Shown here in pieces: positions 55,955 to 64,000 of a DNA stretch of 64,000 bases. The stretch covers positions 5,140,790-5,204,789 of the forward strand of contig NC_069000.1 of the NCBI RefSeq assembly GCF_001194135.2, read 5' to 3'. Within the stretch, counting starts at the first letter, position 1. The number at the start of each line of letters is the position of its first letter. A program made the translations under genes and the position numbers. The notes beneath the pieces were generated by a model. It was not told the DNA's origin. It saw nothing but the letters and a program-made list of their open reading frames with translations, and ran no database searches. The stretch comes from Octopus bimaculoides. Lineage: Eukaryota.

Positions 55955-55960
55955 GATACA
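55596..55960. repeat. Purine-rich GA minisatellite (gagagaaagagaaagggagaggtagagcgagaga units)
   Basis: Repeated higher-order blocks inside a (GA)n tract, adjacent to an N-gap. Confidence 0.85.
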
Positions 55961-56842
55961 TATTCATGATGAATATATCAATATCTCTAAGATCTGTATA
56001 TATTAGTTTTGCGTATGTCCCTGCATATGCCAAAGCTTCTGTGTGCGTCTACACCCTTAACTCAATGTTTGTTAGTGTACATATACATATATGTCTGTGT
56101 GTGTGCACGTGTGTGTGTATGTTTGGATGTTGGCGTGTGTTCGCCTGCGTGTAGAAAGAGATTGTCTTGTATAGAGACGATACTGTTTCACCATCAGGAA
56201 TGTAGAATTGTGACTCACATATGTTTCTTTTTCGTTTCTTCTTCCATTTCTCTCTCTCTTACTCTTCCCCTCTCTCCCTCTATCACACACCCACTTTCTG
56301 TCTCCCTCTCTTCGCAAGTTCGATCTCAGCGACTTTACCGAAATGTATGATCGAGTTTACTTGATGTGTTTTCTGACTGTGTTTTCAATAAATGATGGCC
56401 AGCCCTGTCTAAAGACATCTGAGGAGACATAATGGGGCAAAAACTTTTCCATACTCAACACAATTGGTTTCCATCTTCTCAAACATGTCTAGCATTTTTG
56501 TTAAAGAAGGAAGAATTATATAACACGGCCCTTTTTTAGTGTATCTCGGGACAGTCATTCTGCTAATAAGAAGCACACACGCTGATTGTATTTCAGTCGT
56601 GTGAAATTTGCCTCACGACTTTAGGGAACTAATTCTGATCTATAAATGTTGAGGTTGCTGTGAATAAACGATACAATCGGACACATTAGATTGATTTGCT
56701 CGTGGGTCTATAATGCTGTTAAGACGCCCGTGATCGTTATCTCTGTTTCACCACACATGTTCGCATAAGGAATCTTGCAAACCAATTACACGTATGATAG
56801 AACCCTTGCTAGGGTACAAAAATGCATTCCATTAATATAGGA

Positions 56843-57000
56843 GCAAGCGTGGTTATGTGGTTAGCAGTTTGCGACCCAAAATGCAAATTCCACCAAGGCC
56901 AACTTTGCTTTTCATCCTTTCGAGTTGCGTACTGCGGTCGATCTCATCGACTAACCCCTCCCCAAAAATGTCGGGCTTTGTTCCGAGAGTAGAATAATAT
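56843..57000 (+). mobile_element. SINE family B copy, internally deleted
   Basis: caaattccaccaaggccaactttgcttttcatcctttcg ... ggtcgatctcatcgac ... gggctttgttccgagagtagaa. Confidence 0.75.
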
Positions 57001-57464
57001 ATAGTATTTAAATTTTCTTCGTATGTGAATTATTTTGGAAATTATGATGAAGTTTTCGAAAAGTCCCAAATGGGGATCGCCCGAAAACAGAATATTTATC
57101 TTTTTCTATTCAATTTCAATAATAAACAATTTAGCTTTTTGGAAACTATTTTATCGAATGCCTGTGTCTATGAAATACCTTTGAATGATTAAGATCGGAA
57201 ATGTAAAAAACAAAAAAATATATATATATATAATAAAACGTTTTCAAAACAGTCAATATGTTTTAGTTCAAAAATTGCGATTTATGACTGAAAATGTCCT
57301 CTAGAATTATGCAGAGCTAATAAAGAAAAACTTCAACTTTTAAATATTGTTAAACACATCTCTGCAAATGCAACGTACACAAGCAATTCACTTTAAATAG
57401 AACGAACAACGGGCAAATGGGGCTCTTGGCAGACAGTGGGTTAACTAACAGTATGATCATCCTT

Positions 57465-57655
57465 CCTACTTGGGGAGGGCAAGGGTCGATTACATCGACC
57501 TAAGTGTTTCACTGGTAATTATTTTAACGACCTTGAAAGAATTAAATGGAGAGTCGACCTCCATGGAATTTGAACTCAGAACATGAAGATGGGTGAAATA
57601 CCGGTAAGCATTTCACCCGGCCTGCTAACGATTCCGCTTCTGCCAGCCCGCAGCC
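57465..57655 (-). mobile_element. SINE family B copy
   Basis: gtcgattacatcgacc ... actggtaattattttaacgacc ... ggaatttgaactcagaac ... cacccggcctgctaacg ... tgccagc. Confidence 0.8.
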
Positions 57656-58125
57656 TTCGACTCCAATATATTACTGGTGTTTTCTTGAATGTATAAAACT
57701 AACTACACCCAGCGATGGATATTAAACGCAGAATACAGAATTAAAAGTATGTAATTATACACCGTAAGGCATTTTAATCCAACAGCTTACGACTTCTACC
57801 ATTTCAACCGCTCTCTATGAGAATCATAATTAGATTTCTTCGATTGGATTCGTAGACATCTTCATATTTACATTTATAATTTCGTTTCAACGAAATGAAC
57901 TTAAAGCTTGTCTATCTAGGATTTCATCACTTTGGCGGCGATTATTTAAAATGTTTCATATTTGATATATTTAATTATATTACTCTATCAGCACAACGCT
58001 GACAAAGATGGCAGCTTCGATGGATATTAATATGATTGAGTGCGGATCGAGGAGAGGGAATGTCATGCAAAAGTAGAGCAAAATTTGCACTTATAAATTG
58101 ACAAATGGATCAGCAAAAACAGTCA

Positions 58126-58184
<59 letters not shown>

Positions 58185-58934
58185 AGGCCTGTCTGTTTGT
58201 CTGTCTGTCTGCCAGTCTGTCTGTCTGTNNNNNNNNNNNNNNNNNNNNNNNNNNNNNNNNNNNNNNNNNNNNNNNNNNNNNNNNNNNNNNNNNNNNNNNN
58301 NNNNNNNNNNNNNNNNNNNNNNNNNNNNNNNNNNNNNNNNNNNNNNNNNNNNNNNNNNNNNNNNNNNNNNNNNNNNNNNNNNNNNNNNNNNNNNNNNNNN
58401 NNNNNNNNNNNNNNNNNNNNNNNNNNNNNNNNNNNNNNNNNNNNNNNNNNNNNNNNNNNNNNNNNNNNNNNNNNNNNNNNNNNNNNNNNNNNNNNNNNNN
58501 NNNNNNNNNNNNNNNNNNNNNNNNNNNNNNNNNNNNNNNNNNNNNNNNNNNNNNNNNNNNNNNNNNNNNNNNNNNNNNNNNNNNNNNNNNNNNNNNNNNN
58601 NNNNNNNNNNNNNNNNNNNNNNNNNNNNNNNNNNNNNNNNNNNNNNNNNNNNNNNNNNNNNNNNNNNNNNNNNNNNNNNNNNNNNNNNNNNNNNNNNNNN
58701 NNNNNNNNNNNNNNNNNNNNNNNNNNNNNNNNNNNNNNNNNNNNNNNNNNNNNNNNNNNNNNNNNNNNNNNNNNNNNNNNNNNNNNNNNNNNNNNNNNNN
58801 NNNNNNNNNNNNNNNNNNNNNNNNNNNNNNNNNNNNNNNNNNNNNNNNNNNNNNNNNNNNNNNNNNNNNNNNNNNNNNNNNNNNNNNNNNNNNNNNNNNN
58901 NNNNNNNNNNNNNNNNNNNNNNNNNNNNNNNNNN

Positions 58935-58969
<35 letters not shown>

Positions 58970-60996
58970 CCGTAATATTATCTTTAGACAATAAAGTTCT
59001 AAATGCAGCTCTAAATATATAATGGTCACAACTGGAAACAACTAGATATAGCTTATCTTCAATAAGCAGGAGACGGTCTTAAAGATGGGAAGCCATATTA
59101 AACGATATCATTCCAAATTCATTATATATAAAGAAATACAGATGACATGGTTATGGTAAGAAAATATATAATCATAGGACTGATAAGGGAATAAAGAAAA
59201 ATAGAAATAAGCTGACCTTGGGCTAAACAGTGATATCTGAATCACTTGTATAGCTAGTGGCAACAGTAAATATTAAACATGTTTGACTAGTTTTTCCTCT
59301 TATATTCTTTAAAAATTATTTATTTTATTTTCTTCATTTGAAATGTCTAACTTTTTGAAAGAGAAATATATGTTCTTGAAGATTTAAATTGAAAACAGTA
59401 TATGAATATAATTTTCATGAAAGACTGAAATATATATTTATATTATTATGTGTTCATTTATTATTTAAATTAATTTTTTTTTTTCAAATTTGGATTAAAC
59501 ATACATTTCTTTGAAGTTTTAATTAAATTTCAGTTGGTGCTTTCGAATGTTAATTTAGGTAAATTTTATATTTGATTTTATTTTATTGGATTGTATTCTG
59601 CAATTCTACGACAGCAGCACAAATTTTGGTACATGAAAACATGTTAATATGAAATTTGAAAAATCATAGGAACTATAAAAAAAAATGTTTAAAAAATAGG
59701 TAGAATGAAAGCATGAAAATTACAGACTTGGAATGCGAAATGAATTATCGTCATCGCATGAATATGTCTTTTATACGAGGAAGAAAGAAAGAGGGAGAAG
59801 GAAAACGATAGAACGATAAAGAAAGAGAGAGGGGAAGAAAGAGAGAGGGGAAGAAAGAGAGAGGGGAAGAAAGAGAGGGAAATGGGGGGCATAGAGACAG
59901 AAGGAGTTGGTGCGAATGAGAAGGCAAGAGAGCTTTTATATGATCACTCGTAGCTAGAAACAGCAGCAAAATCTCGATCAGGTCGCAGCAGCGATTCTTA
60001 AAACGATTCATATTAGCTGTTTTTGTTATGCGTCTGCTGTGTCTAGAAAGAAGACGAAATAATGGCAGCTATGTGATCATAGTTCTGGTCCATTTGAGCT
60101 AAAGAAGAAGAAAGCCCCTAACATTAACAGCAGCAGCAGTAGCAGCAGCAACATCAAAACTACCAACATCAACAATAAAAACGATAGCGATAAATGAATC
60201 GCTGCAAAGAAGGGTGAGTCGCTGCGTGCTCAATTTATCTTCGAATAATCGTATAGAAATTAATATCTGCTCAGTCACAACTACGCACTTAAAACGTTGT
60301 GATATACATTCGATAATGTAAAACTCAATATCCGTAAAAGGTATGGTATAGATGAAATATCTTTGATTTTCTGTAAGGATATCTGCTATGTCATTTTCCA
60401 TGCATGTCTAGATAACTTCATGGGAATCGAAATCTTCATCCAGCAATAGATTTTTAAAAATTTATTGATCGTGCTGGAATTATAACCAACGGAACGCTAG
60501 CGTCGTTTGAACTCAGAACGTAAAGCGTCACACAACGTTACATATGTGCGACCTAAATCGATCACTAGGTATCTTGAGCTGTATGTGAAGGAAGGGGGAG
60601 ATTATTATTCAAGAAATCTACCATGCTAATAAATATAAGTTTCCCTTCTCGGGATACCGATGCTTGTCCAAAGAAATAGCCTCTGACTGTGTCGAGACAT
60701 CTTGGAAGCAGTGCCGCCACAAGGCCTGCTGTCGGGATATAAGCTACTGCAACATATACCCTCCATAAATCCAAAATTTTATTTTGGAATTTATGAGAAC
60801 AACTGTGTTTGAAGACGCATGTTGTCGTTGAATGCTCGAAATGAGGAGCACACAGACAGCCGACAACTGGTGAAGGGTCGTTCTATGTGGTTATTTGTCA
60901 TATTTTCATTCTTCTCTCTCGTTGGTTGCGTATTTAACTCGTTTCTTTTCGTACTTCATGTTATCTACGCAGTTGGTGTCGTCCTGTAGTCATATA

Positions 60997-61069
<73 letters not shown>

Positions 61070-63889
61070 TTTGCGTTGCCGAATATGACATTTCATTTTT
61101 AAAGGAGGATTCTGTAAAAGAAAGGAACATTTGATGTCGTCGTATAAATAAGAAAGATGGGATGGTCACGGCTAGAATGTCTTTCATCTTACGTCTGGCC
61201 AACGACAGCAACAGTGACCTGGCATTTTAGAAGCGGCTCAAATTTGGGCGAGATTACATGAAATCCACTGTTATCTTAGAGGCTTAACGTCAGATATTTT
61301 ATCGGTCGATACGGATACGTGATTAGAATACGTTAGTTTTACATATAGATACATACCCATTTATCAGCCTGTTGCAGACTACGTGTAGATCAATGAATAT
61401 TATATGTTCCATTAAAAGACGAAGACGGTGGTTAGTAGTAACGTCGAATTATCGGTGGCATGCTTTCTATTTCTTGAAGTTGTGAGTTTGAATCTAGCAG
61501 GACATATCTTTGTCTCATCGTTTCGGGGTCCATAATGTTGAGTTTCATTTCAGAGCGGTACATTGGCCTAATTCTTATTCATCCATCCATCTCCTCCTCC
61601 CACTATCCTTGAGAGATCGTATTGGAGTATCGTTCTCAACCACCTCTGCCATAGAATGTTATCAGAAGCAGCTTTCATGAGGCATTGTAGCTGGATTTGT
61701 AAGCACGATCAACTGGACTATGGATATTATCCTTTTCCTAAAAGAGTGGTATGTGATTTGAATGATATTTGGAAGCTACTTTGTGCATCACAAACATTCA
61801 TTAATTGGCTCCCCCCATTAGCCATGGGATGATTTAAAACAGAGCAGTGTATTAGGAATATTATAAATAGAGCCAAAACTAATAAATTTTCCGAAATTGC
61901 CATGCAATATTACAGAAGTAATTGTTCCTCGTTAATGCTATGTCGCTATGCCATGTCGCTGTCATAGAAATTAACGTTATATAAATATTTGGAAGTTTTA
62001 ATTAAGTTATACACAGTAAAACATACGGCTTTATTAGAAAGTTTACTTGACATTGCTAACAATCGCCTTAAGGAATGATGTTGTTATTGCACTTCCCGAG
62101 GCGAGCTGGCAGAATCCGTTTCGGCCAAACGTTCGTTTAACAGTTCAAATTTTATTGTAGGGGTGTCCTACTAATTTAACTACACTCAGCAAAATCGAAG
62201 GCGCCCATTTTGATAACAACGATACAATTGATGTTTCTCCATCAATGTAGAGTTTTGATTCTCCACAAATCCTTATTATCTCTAACACATTTTTGTTAAT
62301 GAACAATATAGCCGTTCAAATTTTCGATAAGTAATGTTCGGATATTTTAACGGCAGTATTCGTATGAATCGAAACGGAAAACAAAAACAAGAAAGAAAAG
62401 TGATAGAGAAAGAGAAAGAAAAAAGGAAAGTAAGAGAAGAAAAGCCAGGAATGGAAAGCAACTTTATTTGGTGATAAACTACTGGGTTAAAAGATTTTGT
62501 AAGCGAGTTCATGTGTGGATTTCATCGCAAAGCACACAAAGAACATCATCCGTATACACAGGTATACATACGTATATACGTATATACACGTACTTATATA
62601 CGTATATACGCATATACATGCAAGAAAAAGGCAACAATATAGATACACATGGATGTATTCATATACGTAATCCAATAAATAGGGATTTGTATTCAAATAT
62701 ATGATATATACATAGCCATCCATACATACATACATACCTGCGCACATGTATATGTGCATATGTGTGTATATGTATGTGTGTGTATACCTACATACATAAA
62801 TATATAAGCGTATATATGAATAGATAGATGAATATATATATGATGTTAAATTATATTGTATTATATCATATATATATANNNNNNNNNNNNNNNNNNNNNN
62901 NNNNNNNNNNNNNNNNNNNNNNNNNNNNNNNNNNNNNNNNNNNNNNNNNNNNNNNNNNNNNNNNNNNNNNNNNNNNNNNNNNNNNNNNNNNNNNNNNNNN
63001 NNNNNNNNNNNNNNNNNNNNNNNNNNNNNNNNNNNNNNNNNNNNNNNNNNNNNNNNNNNNNNNNNNNNNNNNNNNNNNNNNNNNNNNNNNNNNNNNNNNN
63101 NNNNNNNNNNNNNNNNNNNNNNNNNNNNNNNNNNNNNNNNNNNNNNNNNNNNNNNNNNNNNNNNNNNNNNNNNNNNNNNNNNNNNNNNNNNNNNNNNNNN
63201 NNNNNNNNNNNNNNNNNNNNNNNNNNNNNNNNNNNNNNNNNNNNNNNNNNNNNNNNNNNNNNNNNNNNNNNNNNNNNNNNNNNNNNNNNNNNNNNNNNNN
63301 TATATATATATAATGCTCATAGTGTTCGTAAGGCATTTGCCTGGATTTCAGATCCCTATTCCTATGTGAATATAATAAAGATTATGTATATACATATATA
63401 TACATACATACATACATACATGCACACATAATATATACATACATGTACACACACACATATATATACATTTCTGATTCATGTGTATGAGTGTCGGATTGTG
63501 TTTGTACGTGGATGTACACTTGTACACTTGTACACTTACGTGTATTTGTACACATATTTCTGTATTAGTATGTCTACGATTGTTATTCTGTCAAGAAGTG
63601 AAACTTCAGCTAGCGATTGCCCCTGCAGAGATAGCAAAGAACCGTTAAGAGAGACCCCGGGATGAAGAGGTTGCATTCATTTACTACAACGGCATGCAGC
63701 CATTCTTTATATATCACATGCGATAAACGTGATACAACCCTATTGAAATATTGAAAGCCGTATTGCATGTAGATTACTGCCAGTGCTGGGTGGAAGCTGT
63801 AATGTTATCTAGTGAAAGGGGAAGAGATAATAGTAGTAATGGTAGTAGTGGTAGTGCTAGTAGTAGTAGTAATAGCAAATGCATTAGTT

Positions 63890-63933
<44 letters not shown>

Positions 63934-64000
63934 TGTTGTTGTTGTTGTTGTAGTTGGAGAAGGAGAGGAGACATAGATAACTGTTTACATATATATATAT

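Noticed and set aside
59950-60220. Plus-strand AGG|gtgagt donor after a (CAG/CAA)-rich stretch
   Set aside because: All frames contain stops and there is no acceptor or ATG context. At best a non-coding exon.
63540-63622. Minus-strand segment with a good acceptor (tatctctgcag|) and donor (|gtaagt), open as GQSLAEVSLLDRITIVDILIQKYVYKY
   Set aside because: Single short candidate exon, partly low complexity, with no partner exon or homology in the window.

Overview
AT-rich, microsatellite-saturated animal genomic DNA with 16 N-gaps. The SINE/LINE repertoire and repeat style point to an octopod cephalopod, probably an Octopus short-read assembly (inference). Almost every ORF in the supplied track is a translation of a microsatellite or of Ns. 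One real gene can be reconstructed by hand on the minus strand: four coding exons (29727-29717, 26034-25907, 24764-24583, 14820-14614) with GT..AG introns of mutually compatible phase (2, 1, 0). They give a 175-aa secreted, apparently all-alpha protein (MYRRLLIFISLSCFITSNLRLCCYA|NGGFNPAMCASLMRSHKTEIRVTSLLLQHDYLGFSTLAAFIQNLLSDKVNTFNYLLQCIHIMSGHLFRHYIDPQHPAFVLHKVDIAIRRFDFLLSSKNNIIRRRTGTSVPLPSRNREAEKALAALRITEKAFMRLLGRSAMLCAYSMLKE). I cannot assign it to a named family. Its size, signal peptide, tiny first coding exon and amphipathic helices suggest a helical-cytokine-like or hormone-like ligand. The rest of the window is introns and gene desert containing tRNA-derived SINEs and decayed R4/Dong-like, RTE/L2-like, Tc1, Tigger/pogo and Helitron fragments.
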